Shown here: in pieces, positions 7,118 to 16,867 of the stretch
Layout of the letters: every line of letters begins with the position of its first letter
How positions within the stretch are numbered: position 1 is the stretch's first letter
Source of the DNA: Pyrodictium abyssi
Lineage (GTDB): Archaea > Thermoproteota > Thermoprotei_A > Sulfolobales > Pyrodictiaceae
Length of the DNA stretch: 32,000 nt
Assembly: GCF_036323395.1 (NCBI RefSeq)
Contig: NZ_AP028907.1
Location: 1,410,001-1,442,000, forward strand
Reading direction: 5' to 3'
Program-made: the position numbers and the translations under genes
The notes under the pieces: model-generated
The model's database searches: none
What the model was told of the DNA's origin: nothing
Seen by the model: only the letters and a program-made list of their open reading frames with translations

Positions 7118-8026
7118 CTAGAGAGTGATACCCGCCGAGGCTGCTTTGGCCCTTAGCTCTAGGGCGGCGTCTATGCCGAGCTGTGCCGGCCTCTCCGGGT
7201 CGCCCTCCACGGTGACGTCTACCCTCTTGCTGCCGTCCGGCGACGCTACTGCAGCGTGTATGTAGAGTATGCCTTTTTCTATCCAGGCGTAGGCTCCTAG
7301 CGGGGTGTGGCAGCCGCCTCCCGCGTATGCTAGGAAGGCTCTCTCAGCCCTAGCCATTGTCATGGCTTCTTCGTCGGTCGCGTCCTCGAGCAGCGGTAGT
7401 ATGTCGCCGCGGCTGTATAGGGTGTAGACTCCTAGTATCCCCTGGCCAGGCGCTGGAGGCAGTACGTCGGGCGGTATACGCCAGTACTCTATGTCTAGGC
7501 CTAGCCGCTGGAGCCCTGCTTCAGCGAGTATTATGGCATCGTACATTCCCTGCTGTAGCTTGCGCAGCCTCGTGTCAACGTTGCCGCGCAGCGGCTTGAA
7601 CACGAGGTCGCTGCGGACCCGCTTCAGCATGGCGACACGCCGGGCGCTCGACGAGCCGACTACTGCGCCGGCTGGTAGGTCCCATATCGTTTTGGGGCTC
7701 CCGCGGGTGACAAGCACGTCGAAGGGCGAGGCTCGGGGCGGCGTCATTGCTAGTACGAGGCCGGGGCTAACCTCACTCGGCACGTCCTTGAGGCTGTGTA
7801 CTGCTATGTCTGCCCGGCCTTCTAGTACTGCTAGGTTTACCTCCTTCTCGAATAGCCCCTTACCGCCTATCATCGTGAAGGGCTTGTCCTGGTGTATATC
7901 ACCTCGTGTCTTGACTATTACTAGCTCGAACTCTACCTCGGGGTGCCGCTTCCTGATCTCGTTGAGCGCGAGCTGGGTCTGGGCCAGGCTTAGCTTGCTA
8001 CCTCGGGTCGCTACTCGTATCTTCAT
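7118..8026 (-). CDS. hemC: Porphobilinogen deaminase (hydroxymethylbilane synthase)
   Basis: 302 aa with MKIRVATRGSKLSLAQT, GGKGLFEKE, DIAVHSLKDVP and the cofactor-Cys region GGGCHTPLGAY. Its ATG overlaps the hemL stop (ATGA). Confidence 0.92.
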   Translation of the reverse strand: MKIRVATRGSKLSLAQTQLALNEIRKRHPEVEFELVIVKTRGDIHQDKPFTMIGGKGLFEKEVNLAVLEGRADIAVHSLKDVPSEVSPGLVLAMTPPRASPFDVLVTRGSPKTIWDLPAGAVVGSSSARRVAMLKRVRSDLVFKPLRGNVDTRLRKLQQGMYDAIILAEAGLQRLGLDIEYWRIPPDVLPPAPGQGILGVYTLYSRGDILPLLEDATDEEAMTMARAERAFLAYAGGGCHTPLGAYAWIEKGILYIHAAVASPDGSKRVDVTVEGDPERPAQLGIDAALELRAKAASAGITL

Positions 8027-9309
8027 TGCTCCCGGAGCCTCTTAAAAGCGTCTTCAAGTGCTGTTATGGTTTCCTCAACGACCTCGGCTGTGTGGGCAGC
8101 GCTTGTGAAGATTGCCTCCATCTGGCTCGGCGCTATGAAGACGCCGCGGCTTAGCAGCTCCTGGTGCAGCTCGTTGTACATCTCGCGGTTGCTTCTGGCA
8201 GCATCCTCTGGCGACGCGACCTCACCGTCTACGAAGAACACCTGGAACATGTTCTCGACATAGTTGACCGTAGCCTTTATACCGTAGCGGCTGATTAGGT
8301 CCTCTACTGTCTTAGCTAGCTTGGAGGCTGCCTCACGGGCTACCCGGTAGGGTTCGCCGGTTTCAAGCACCTCTATCGTGGCCAGTCCTGCCGCCATAGT
8401 TACCGGGTGCGCGTTGAACGTACCAGCATTGAACACTTTGCCACTAGGCGTGAAGTTCTCCATTATCTCGCGCGGGCCGGCCACAACCCCTATTGGGAAG
8501 CCACCGCCTACTATCTTTCCGAGTGTTGTTATGTCGCCGCGTACACCATAGTACTCCTGGGCGCCGCCCAGGCCTAGGCGGAACCCGGTGATGACCTCAT
8601 CCATTATGAGGAGCGCGCCATACTGGTCGGCTAGCTCTCTTAGACCCTTTAGGAACCCGGGCTTAGGCGGTATGACTCCCGCGTTGCCGGCGACCGGCTC
8701 GACTATTATGGCTGCTACCTGGTCGCCATGCTTCTTCATTATCTTCTCTACGCTCTCTACGTCGTTGAAGCGGGCTATTAGTGTTAGTTTTGCCACCTCC
8801 TCGGGCACGCCTAGGCTCGAGGGGACACCGTACTCTGCTGCCGCGCTACCAGCGCCCACAAGCACTGCATCGTGAGCACCGTGGTAGCAGCCGTTGAACT
8901 TCACTATGTACTTGCGGCCGGTGTAGCCTCTAGCAAGCCGTATAGCCGCCATTGTAGCCTCGGTACCGCTATTGACGAACCTCACCATGCCGCCTTGGTG
9001 GTAGTACTTGAGTATCTTCTTGGCAAGCTTTATCTCCAGCTCGGCCGGAGTGCCGTAGGCCCAGCCCCGCTCCAGCTGCTCCTTGACGGCTTCTAGTACA
9101 CGGGGGTGGCGGTGCCCGAGGAACATGGGGCCATAGGCTAGCACATAGTCGATGAGTCGCTCCCCGTCAACCGTGTAGAGGTAGGGGCCTTCGGCCCGGC
9201 TAACGTAGAAGGGGTAGGGCTTTACGGCCGCACGTATAGGGCTGTTAACGCCCCCAGGAAACAGGTTTAGGGCCTCCTCGTAAAGCTTCCTGCTCTCCTC
9301 GCCGGGCAA
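8023..9309 (-). CDS. hemL: Glutamate-1-semialdehyde 2,1-aminomutase
   Basis: 428 aa with GGVNSP.RA, F.NSGTEA.M.A.RLARGYTGR, DEV.TGFR and the PLP-Lys region TLGKI.GGG.P.G. Confidence 0.92.
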   Translation of the reverse strand: MPGEESRKLYEEALNLFPGGVNSPIRAAVKPYPFYVSRAEGPYLYTVDGERLIDYVLAYGPMFLGHRHPRVLEAVKEQLERGWAYGTPAELEIKLAKKILKYYHQGGMVRFVNSGTEATMAAIRLARGYTGRKYIVKFNGCYHGAHDAVLVGAGSAAAEYGVPSSLGVPEEVAKLTLIARFNDVESVEKIMKKHGDQVAAIIVEPVAGNAGVIPPKPGFLKGLRELADQYGALLIMDEVITGFRLGLGGAQEYYGVRGDITTLGKIVGGGFPIGVVAGPREIMENFTPSGKVFNAGTFNAHPVTMAAGLATIEVLETGEPYRVAREAASKLAKTVEDLISRYGIKATVNYVENMFQVFFVDGEVASPEDAARSNREMYNELHQELLSRGVFIAPSQMEAIFTSAAHTAEVVEETITALEDAFKRLREQ

Positions 9310-9745
9310 GAATGGAGCACCCTCGTGTTTAGCGAAGTTGACTATTATAGAGCATTAAATTAGCTTGGCCCGGCTCCTTTCAGGGGCTCACTCGCTGTTC
9401 CCGTGTAGCCAAAGACGCTATCGCATCCCCGGAGGCTGCATCACCGCCCCCTAGGCCTCTGCAGACGAAGGCAAGGGAGTGCCTCCGGGGCCTCCTGGGG
9501 AGACACCTAGGGGGCTCGTGCCCCGTGACCCACAGCTCATCCAAGCAGCCCGGCCAGAACTACCACTGGGCGAGAGGGCCAAATTATAGCTAGGGCTGAA
9601 GTCACACACTTGTTTCGCGCAATCAGCCGCGGCGACTGCAGAGGAGATGAACAGGACACGGTACCAGTGGGAAAGACAGCAGATGAGAAGCGTGCCACTC
9701 AGCTTTAAAAACGCTGTAGCTGCTAGTTCGTGTACGGTCTCGGCG

Positions 9746-9907
9746 CTACTTCTCCTTCTTCTTCTTGGCGCCGCCTCCGCCGCCCTTACCCTTAGGCTCT
9801 ATGAACTCCTTGAAGTACCAGCCGTGGGCACGCTTTATGTGCTCTAGAAGCGCCTTTCTACGGTACATGCCCTTGCCGCAGACGGGGCACGGCCTAGCGC
9901 CGACCAC
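9746..9907 (-). CDS. Small C2H2 zinc-finger protein with a Gly/Lys-rich tail (53 aa; below the ORF-track size cutoff)
   Basis: Hand translation from GTG 9907 gives MVGARPCPVCGKGMYRRKALLEHIKRAHGWYFKEFIEPKGKGGGGGAKKKKEK, ending at stop 9746..9748. It fits C-x2-C-x12-H-x4-H, with the conserved hydrophobic and Leu positions of classical C2H2 fingers. It lies 44 nt downstream of the kinase-like gene on the same strand. Confidence 0.55.
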   Translation of the reverse strand: MVGARPCPVCGKGMYRRKALLEHIKRAHGWYFKEFIEPKGKGGGGGAKKKKEK

Positions 9908-9951
9908 CGTTTGTCCCCGGGCACCAACCCCTGGAGCTGCGGGGGTTAAGG

Positions 9952-11460
9952 CTAGTTCTCTCCAGGGCTAGCCGCTGCGAGTATGGCTCTACGGGTCTTC
10001 TCGAGCACGTTTGGCGGCACCACCGCCAGGAAGGGGGCCATGTACTTGTGCTTCGCGGCCTCGAGGAGTACTTCTCTGCTTCCGCCAGCCTCTAGATACC
10101 CGCTGGCTATCATACGGGCTCTCTCGGGCCCGTTGCGCGGCGCGTACAGGAGGGAGTAGTAGCACGCGACAGCCACGTCCCATGCCGCGTCCTGGACGCC
10201 ATTGATCTCCCGCGCCTGCTCGAGGTCAACTATGTAGAGTCTCTCACCGTCGTAGACGAAGTTGCTGGGATTAGCATCCCATAGAGCGACGCCGCTACTA
10301 TGCAGGCGGGCTAGCAGCTGGCCTGCCTCGCGGTACGGCTCCGGGACGGGTTCCCGCTGCAGCATAGCCACGAGGTCTACGCCTTCAATGTAGCTGTATG
10401 CCGCCTGGCGGCGCCTTGGGTCTATGAGCAGCGGCTGTGGCACGTTGAATCCGCGCTCGTCTAGAAGCCTGTTGTAGTAGTACTCGGCGTTTAGCCTCGC
10501 GAGTGCGCGGAGCCGTGGACGGGGCAGGGGCAGTGAGGCTATGGAGGCTGCAAGCCACTTCACCGCCGTTATGTCTATGTACCTCTTGACTACTGCTGGC
10601 CGGAAGCCCCCGGCCTCCACGGTCCTAACACTCCTTATGATGCCTTTACGGCTGAGCTTCACGCTGCGTAGAAGCCTCTTGACGCCGGTTATAGCGTAGA
10701 GCTGCTCTTCAAACTGGATAAGCTTAGTGGCTACGCGTGCAGCATCTAGCCGGACCAGGAGTAGCGGGTCACGTGTTAACGGGTGTGGTTTACGGCTTAT
10801 ACTCTCAATTATGAGTGTCTGGGGGATAGCCTGGAGCAGGGATAGCGATACCTGCGAGGCAATATTGCCCAGAAGCTGCGCCACCTTAGGCGCCCCGCCT
10901 AGCTGTTGGACGAGCCTCAGCCTCTGGCCGGGCTCATTGTCCACGAGTCTGGCTGGAAGCCAGACGCCGCTAGCCCCAAGCTCGCGTAGTGCTACATCCT
11001 GTACTATTCTCCGTAGCCAAGTATAGTAGTCTCCACGCCGCAGCGCATTACCATAGACTGTGCGTAGCCAGGGGTAGATACGCTGGAGGCGGGCCATCCG
11101 AGCAACAACTGGATATATGTCGGCAATCAGCAAGCGCTCATAGCTCTTATGGAAGAGCCTCCTTAGCCTACTTACCTCTTCGCGGAGTAGTCTGGCTATG
11201 TACTTCACTAGCAGCTCGTTATACACGTTCTCGTCGCCTTCGATGTAGGCTGGCTTTAGAAGCAGTATCGAGGCCAGAGCCTCTCCGAGCAGAGACTCCT
11301 CCACATCAGCGGCCACTATGTCTAGCTGTACTACAGCCTCTAGCCTACCTGCATGGCCTTCTATACAGCTTCGCTCTCTACCCAGCCCGAGAACTAGTCG
11401 GAGGCCCGGCAGGTCGTAGACGAGCTGGACTATTGCAGTACACTCTCCCTTCAAGAGCAT
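9952..11460 (-). CDS. Putative atypical protein kinase (Bud32/RIO/Kdo-kinase-like C-terminal domain) with a large uncharacterised N-terminal region
   Basis: The C-terminal 180 aa or so have kinase-like elements in order: AVVKRY (beta3 Lys), NAEYYYNRLLDERGFNVPQPL (alphaC Glu), hinge YIEG, catalytic loop LHSSGVALWDANPSNFV (D..N) and YIVDLEQA (metal-binding Asp). The N-terminal 300 aa or so have no motif I recognise. Confidence 0.55.
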   Translation of the reverse strand: MLLKGECTAIVQLVYDLPGLRLVLGLGRERSCIEGHAGRLEAVVQLDIVAADVEESLLGEALASILLLKPAYIEGDENVYNELLVKYIARLLREEVSRLRRLFHKSYERLLIADIYPVVARMARLQRIYPWLRTVYGNALRRGDYYTWLRRIVQDVALRELGASGVWLPARLVDNEPGQRLRLVQQLGGAPKVAQLLGNIASQVSLSLLQAIPQTLIIESISRKPHPLTRDPLLLVRLDAARVATKLIQFEEQLYAITGVKRLLRSVKLSRKGIIRSVRTVEAGGFRPAVVKRYIDITAVKWLAASIASLPLPRPRLRALARLNAEYYYNRLLDERGFNVPQPLLIDPRRRQAAYSYIEGVDLVAMLQREPVPEPYREAGQLLARLHSSGVALWDANPSNFVYDGERLYIVDLEQAREINGVQDAAWDVAVACYYSLLYAPRNGPERARMIASGYLEAGGSREVLLEAAKHKYMAPFLAVVPPNVLEKTRRAILAAASPGEN

Positions 11461-11651
11461 CTCCCTTTGCCCCTAGCAGTTACCCACAAGCGTCTTCGCA
11501 CAGCCTAGCTGCCTCCAGGAGTCCATACGCCAGGGCTGCTAGCCCGGCCTTCTTATGGGCTAGGCGCAGCCCAGCCGTACCTCAGCCAGCCCTCCCGGCA
11601 GCAAGCCCTCTTTCAGCGGCACTCAGTAACTGCTACACGGGGGCATAGATC

Positions 11652-12704
11652 ATGCACAGCAACCTATGCATATACTACGACCCCGTGTTTAAGCTTCACA
11701 AGCCGCCACACGGCTTCCACCTAGAGTCGCCGGAGAGACTAGATACGGCCATCAGAGGTCTACGCGACTCGCGCATTTGGGATACTGCAGAACACTACAC
11801 GATACCTCGTAGAGGAGACGAGCTGAGCATGTTCAGGGAGGTGCATAGCCCGGAGTACATAGAGAGTGTACTAGAGCTCGCGGGCCGTGGCGGCGGCTAC
11901 ATAGACCCCGACACCTACGTCTCGCCAGCCACACCGCTAGCTGTGTCTAGCTATGCCGCCGCCGTCCTCGATGCAGCCGAGAAGCTGCTAAACGGTGACT
12001 GCAGGGTAGCCCTAGTACTTGGAAGGCCTCCCGGCCACCACGCTGGCTACTTTGGCAGGGCCATGGGGGCTCCCACGCTAGGCTTCTGCGTATTCAATAT
12101 CACCGCTCTAGCCGCCGTCACGCTGCGTAAGCTCGGCTATGAGACCGCTGTAATAGATATTGACCTGCACCACGGGAATGGGACCCAGGATATACTCTAC
12201 GACAAGCCTATATTCCACATAGATGTGCACCAGGATCCCTCAACAATATACCCTGGCACCGGCTGGCCATGGCAGCTGGGAGACGGCGAGGGGAGTGGAA
12301 CGAAGCTCAACATACTAGTACCACCCGGCTCAGGGGACGACGTGTATGTCGAGCTCCTGCAGAAGGCGCTGGATATGTACCGGTCTCTCGCACCAACAGC
12401 AGACATACTCATCGTTGACGCGGGGCTTGATGCGTACAGGGGCGACGGCCTTGGCGCACTTCATCTCACGACTACGAGCTACCACTCCATGGGTAAGATG
12501 ATATCCGGCATAGGAGCTCCTATACTAGTAGTGCTGCAAGGCGGCTATAGTAGCGGCCTGTATCACGCCCTACCCGCCCTACTGGCTGGCTTGGTGGGCT
12601 GGCCTAACCCCTTCCCCGAGACCCCGTCGAGGACAGAGTCCTCCGTGAGGGCTAAGGCACTTGCATACCTAGAAGAGTTGATAGATTATATGGGATTAGC
12701 CTAG
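11652..12704 (+). CDS. Histone deacetylase-family (arginase-fold) deacetylase, AcuC/acetylpolyamine amidohydrolase-like
   Basis: 350 aa with GRPPGHHA, the zinc-site blocks IDIDLHHGNGTQ and DAGLDAY.GD, and LQGGY. Confidence 0.88.
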   Translation: MHSNLCIYYDPVFKLHKPPHGFHLESPERLDTAIRGLRDSRIWDTAEHYTIPRRGDELSMFREVHSPEYIESVLELAGRGGGYIDPDTYVSPATPLAVSSYAAAVLDAAEKLLNGDCRVALVLGRPPGHHAGYFGRAMGAPTLGFCVFNITALAAVTLRKLGYETAVIDIDLHHGNGTQDILYDKPIFHIDVHQDPSTIYPGTGWPWQLGDGEGSGTKLNILVPPGSGDDVYVELLQKALDMYRSLAPTADILIVDAGLDAYRGDGLGALHLTTTSYHSMGKMISGIGAPILVVLQGGYSSGLYHALPALLAGLVGWPNPFPETPSRTESSVRAKALAYLEELIDYMGLA

Positions 12705-12773
12705 GGACACAACCGACGCGGCTCTATCCAAAAACCAACCCCGGCATGTGATAGTTCTGGGGTGAGTTCATGT

Positions 12774-13229
12774 CTAATCTCTTGCAAACTCGTGTATTAT
12801 CCCAAGGCCTGCAAGCGTCATTACGAAGTCCAGTATGTCTCTTGCAGATATCATCCCCAGGGGCTTACCATCCTCACCGACAACCGGTATGTGGCGGATA
12901 TTTGCGTCGCGCATCTTCTTTATCACTACAACTATGTCCTCGTCAGGCTTCACTGTTATCGGGTCCTCGGTCATTATCTCCCATGCCTGTTTCGTGTTCG
13001 GGTCCCAGCCCTCGGAGCACGCAAATACTAGGTCATGCTCCGTTATTATACCGCGTAGCCTCCCTTCCTCGTCTACAACTAGTACGCTTCCGACGCGCTC
13101 TTCCCGCATTTTGCGTGCAACATCCTTTATTGTTGCATTAGGGTCTATAGTTACTGGAGGAGAGGTCATAACGTCGCGTGCACGTAGCGGGATACGCCTA
13201 CGGCGAAGGAGGAGTATCACGGATGCCAC
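12774..13229 (-). CDS. CBS-domain pair protein
   Basis: 151 aa with a GTG start. It has two CBS repeats: ARDVMTSPPVTIDPNATIKDVARKMREERVGSVLVVDEEGRLRGIITEHDL and AWEIMTEDPITVKPDEDIVVVIKKMRDANIRHIPVVGEDGKPLGMISARDIL. Confidence 0.85.
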   Translation of the reverse strand: MASVILLLRRRRIPLRARDVMTSPPVTIDPNATIKDVARKMREERVGSVLVVDEEGRLRGIITEHDLVFACSEGWDPNTKQAWEIMTEDPITVKPDEDIVVVIKKMRDANIRHIPVVGEDGKPLGMISARDILDFVMTLAGLGIIHEFARD

Positions 13230-13515
13230 CCTCCACTAGATTCTTGTATATTGTTGCTGCACGGTAAAATTGGTATCCACGACGTTCAATAGTGGCATAA
13301 GTATACCATGCCTGGACAATAGCGGAAGGGGCGAGCCCGGGGGGCTTCTAGCTAGCACCTACCGGCGTTAGCATCCTATGTCCTGGCAGCTGGTATAGCG
13401 TAACAAGACGCGGCCCCTAGCAGAATGTGCCTAGGCGAAACTATGTAGCGAGAACGGCGAGGACTAGGGCTTACGTGCACTGAGTATAGGTGGGTTAAAA
13501 ACGCGTAGAACCGGA

Positions 13516-15732
13516 TTAGAAGGGTGTTATGAAGTCCTCGGGCTTCGGCGGCTCTGGTGGTAGGCCCTTCCTCTCGCGTATCTTCTTCACTAGGTCCATG
13601 AGCATGTTGTCAGGTACTGGCGCCCAGCGGCTGAACTCAGTGCCCCAGAAGGCTCTGCCCTGGGTGGCGCTTCTTAGCTCGGCGGCGAGGTCGAAGCTCT
13701 CTGCTACTGGCAGCTCGGCTATTATCCTCATCATGACGCCGTACTCCTTCATGTCTAGTATCTTGCCGCGCTTCCTGGATATCACCGCTATCACGTTGCT
13801 GACGTACTCCTGCGGCACACGTATGTCGAGCTTCTGGAGAGGCTCTAGCAGCGTCGGCTTCGAGGTCAGCATGGCCGCGTATATGGCGTTGCGGACTGCC
13901 GGGTAGATCTGCGCTGGGCCGCGGTGGGCTGGGTCCTCGTGTATCACGGCGTCGTGTAGTATTATCTTGAGGCCTCTCACAGGCTCCTTGGCTAGTGGGC
14001 CCTCCTTCATTGCTAGGCGGAAGCCCTGGATTATGGTGTCCTTGACCTCGCGTAGGTGCTGTACACCTGTCGTCTTGTCTATGAACACGTTTATGTTCTC
14101 GTCGATCGCCCATATCCTCTTGGCCTCGTCGTAGTCCCAGCCAGCCTTCTCCTTGAGTATCTTGGCCCTCTCGTATACGTCCTGGCCCTCCGTTATCTCG
14201 CCATTCTGTATCAGCTTTATAGTCTCCTCGTCTAGCGGCTCCACGCTTATGTAGAGCTTGTTGTGCTTGTTCGGGCTCTTGCCCTCGAACACCTGGCTCT
14301 TCGCGCGCACAGTCTCGCGGTAGACTACTATTGGTGGGCTCGTCTTCACCTCAAGACCGAAGGTCTCCTTGAGCCACCATACTGCTATCTCTATGTGTAG
14401 TGGGCCCATACCGCTTAGCAGGTACTCGCCGGTCTCCTGGTTGATCTTAACCTGTATAGTCGGGTCCTCTATGCTTAGCTTGTAGAGCGCGTCTATCAGC
14501 TTAGGCAGGTCCTTGGGATTCTTCGGCTCTATCGCCACCGTCACTACTGGCTCGGACACGTAGTGTAGCCTCTCGAATGGCGGTACCTTATCCTTGAGGC
14601 TCACTGCTACAGCTGTCTCGCCTGCGCGCGCGTCTTCGAGGCCTAGCGCGGCCGCTATGTTTCCGGCGGGTATCTCGTCCACGACCTCGCGGTCGGGACC
14701 CATGTAAATGCTTACCTGTAGCACCTTAGCACTCTTCCCGGCGTTGACTAGCCATACCTCGTCGCCCTGGCGCAGTGTGCCGCTGAAGATACGGCCGGTG
14801 GCTACTAGGCGGCGTATCTTGGGGTCAACCCTCATGAAGGATATAGCGTATACTAGTGGACCGTTGGGGTCCGCCTCGAGCATCGCCTTGCCTACTTCAC
14901 TGTTTATGTCGCCCTTCCATATCTTGGGTATACGGTACTTCTGTGCCTCACGCGGGTTAGGTATGAACTTGACTACCGCGTCTAGCAGGGACTCATGCAG
15001 CGGTGCTACCTTTGTGGCGAACTCCTCTACTGCCTCCTTGCCCTTGTTGTAGGCGTCGATTATGTCACTGAACTTTATGCCACGCTTCTGGGCTAGGGGT
15101 ATGCTTATGCCCCACTTGTCGCGCGCGCTACCGAATATCACCATACCGCTCATCGGGTCTAGCTGCCACTTCTTCTTGAACTCGGGGTCAGCGTAGAGGC
15201 TTATCAGGTGGTTTACCTCCTTGATTATCTCTACGAACCTCTGCTGTATCTGCTGGGGCGTGTACTTTAGCTCCTTTATGAGCCTGTCAACCTTGTTTAT
15301 GAAGAGTATGGGGCGTACACGCTCCTCGAGGCTCTGACGCAGCACTGTCTCCGTCTGGGGCATCACACCCTCGACAGCGTCTACGACGACTATGGAGCCG
15401 TCCATCATTCGGAGGCTCCTTGTCACGTGGCCGGAGAAGTCTACGTGGCCTGGCGTGTCTACTAGGTTGATTACGTAGGGCTTGCCCTGGTACTCGTGGT
15501 AGAGGCTAATGTTTGCAGACTTGACTGTTATACCGCGCTGCTGCTCCACCTTAAGGTAGTCTAGGGCGAGCGCCTCGCCAGCAATGCGCTGGGATATCAT
15601 ACCCGCTGCCGCGAGCAGCGAGTCGCTTGTCGTGGTCTTACCGTGGTCCACGTGTGCCACGATACCGATGTTTCTTATCTGCTCCACGTTCCTCATTATC
15701 TTCAGGATTTCGTCTACATGCTTGACACGCAT
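13516..15732 (-). CDS. fusA: Translation elongation factor 2 (aEF-2)
   Basis: 738 aa with the GTPase motifs [14 protein letters not shown] and NKVDR, and full-length EF-2 architecture including the H..HRG diphthamide region ([12 protein letters not shown]). Confidence 0.95.
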   Translation of the reverse strand: MRVKHVDEILKIMRNVEQIRNIGIVAHVDHGKTTTSDSLLAAAGMISQRIAGEALALDYLKVEQQRGITVKSANISLYHEYQGKPYVINLVDTPGHVDFSGHVTRSLRMMDGSIVVVDAVEGVMPQTETVLRQSLEERVRPILFINKVDRLIKELKYTPQQIQQRFVEIIKEVNHLISLYADPEFKKKWQLDPMSGMVIFGSARDKWGISIPLAQKRGIKFSDIIDAYNKGKEAVEEFATKVAPLHESLLDAVVKFIPNPREAQKYRIPKIWKGDINSEVGKAMLEADPNGPLVYAISFMRVDPKIRRLVATGRIFSGTLRQGDEVWLVNAGKSAKVLQVSIYMGPDREVVDEIPAGNIAAALGLEDARAGETAVAVSLKDKVPPFERLHYVSEPVVTVAIEPKNPKDLPKLIDALYKLSIEDPTIQVKINQETGEYLLSGMGPLHIEIAVWWLKETFGLEVKTSPPIVVYRETVRAKSQVFEGKSPNKHNKLYISVEPLDEETIKLIQNGEITEGQDVYERAKILKEKAGWDYDEAKRIWAIDENINVFIDKTTGVQHLREVKDTIIQGFRLAMKEGPLAKEPVRGLKIILHDAVIHEDPAHRGPAQIYPAVRNAIYAAMLTSKPTLLEPLQKLDIRVPQEYVSNVIAVISRKRGKILDMKEYGVMMRIIAELPVAESFDLAAELRSATQGRAFWGTEFSRWAPVPDNMLMDLVKKIRERKGLPPEPPKPEDFITPF

Positions 15733-15969
15733 AGCTTACCCTACCCGGGGAAGGGGTCCGGAGCAGCCTCCGGGTTATAAGCCCACTGAGTATAGTCGCC
15801 AGCCCTAGGAGTCCCTGCTGGCACGTGTCGCCCCAGAGCCGGCGGGCAGTATGGCTACAGAAGCGTGCATAGTATTATACTATAGTATTATGCAAGGTAC
15901 AGTAGAAGAGAAGGAGTAAGGAGTAGGAGCGCGTAGCCTCTATCATGCTACCTCCATTATCTAATATGT

Positions 15970-16647
15970 CTACTTGTCTGGTTGCTGCTTCCTGGGTGGC
16001 TTGTAGGGCGCGTGGAGCACACGGTAGATGCGTTGTGCTCTCTCATAGCCTAGAACACGTTCAAGCTCTACTACGGAGGCCCTACATATGGCGCCGATGC
16101 TGCCAAACTTCTCGAGCAGCTTCTCCGCGAGCCTGGGACCTATGCCTGGGAGACTCTGGACAACGTATAGCTGTTGCATCCAGAGCTTGTCTAGCCGAGG
16201 CTTCCTATGCACAACTACGCTGCGCTGGCTCCCGTACTGCTCACGACACGCTATACTGTATATCATCCTGGCTGTCTCGCGCTGGTTGAGGCTCCACAGC
16301 ACACGAACACCATAGTCTATAGTGATGGACGACAGAGCCATGCGGACTTGCTGGCCGCGAGTAGTATAGCTGTCGAGTTTACCCGGGTCGCCTTCAACCA
16401 GGATTACCGGGATATCGTAGTGCTCGCTGAGCCGCCTTACCTGGTCGAATAGCCGGCCATCGAACAAGCTCTCTGCAAGGTCGTATACGGTCTTACGCTC
16501 TATGGCTACACGGTCAGACACTATATAGTCGCCGACACCAGCCATAGTGTATATCACGGCTGCACCTAGCTCCGCGAGAGCCTCGGGGACGCCACTACCC
16601 CGCTCCCTCTCGTCAACGTAGACTCTTGGCCGCCTGCATTCAGCCAA
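15970..16647 (-). CDS. xpf: Short-form XPF/ERCC4-family structure-specific endonuclease (nuclease domain plus HhH2)
   Basis: 225 aa with a TTG start. It has the ERCC4 signature VGDYIVSDRVAIERKTVYDL and a C-terminal tandem helix-hairpin-helix (LQSLPGIGPRLAEKLLEKFGS..). Confidence 0.88.
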   Translation of the reverse strand: MAECRRPRVYVDERERGSGVPEALAELGAAVIYTMAGVGDYIVSDRVAIERKTVYDLAESLFDGRLFDQVRRLSEHYDIPVILVEGDPGKLDSYTTRGQQVRMALSSITIDYGVRVLWSLNQRETARMIYSIACREQYGSQRSVVVHRKPRLDKLWMQQLYVVQSLPGIGPRLAEKLLEKFGSIGAICRASVVELERVLGYERAQRIYRVLHAPYKPPRKQQPDK

Positions 16648-16867
16648 TGTGCCTGCCCTCGCCTAGGGGCTCACCACGTGTGGAGTGCACTAGAGGCTGA
16701 CGCCGCCACGGAGTGATGAGAGTCCGGCGCACCGAACACTTCAGCAAAAATCTCTTGATTTGCGCACTAGACTACTCCGAGGAGCCGCTCATACCAGTGT
16801 AGAGGCACTAGATTTAGGTCTCCGAGGCTGCTGGAGGCCACGGGGCGTCTCCCAGCACTAGGCCGGG

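Noticed and set aside
9370-9680. SRP (7S) RNA, RNase P RNA or a tRNA-like gene (CCCAGTGGTAG on the minus strand) in the hemL upstream region
   Set aside because: I found no GGAAAGUCC/P4-type RNase P motif and no helix-8 GNAR-loop/AGCA SRP core. No T-arm (GTTCRAATC) accompanies the D-loop-like string. It is kept only as an unclassified structured region.
16713-16780. C/D-box-like arrangement: GUGAUGA, 12 nt, CCGA ... UUGAUUU, 15 nt, CCGA
   Set aside because: Both D-type boxes are CCGA rather than CUGA, the C' box is poor, and no terminal stem can be drawn. The region is the divergent promoter area between xpf and the 16868 gene.
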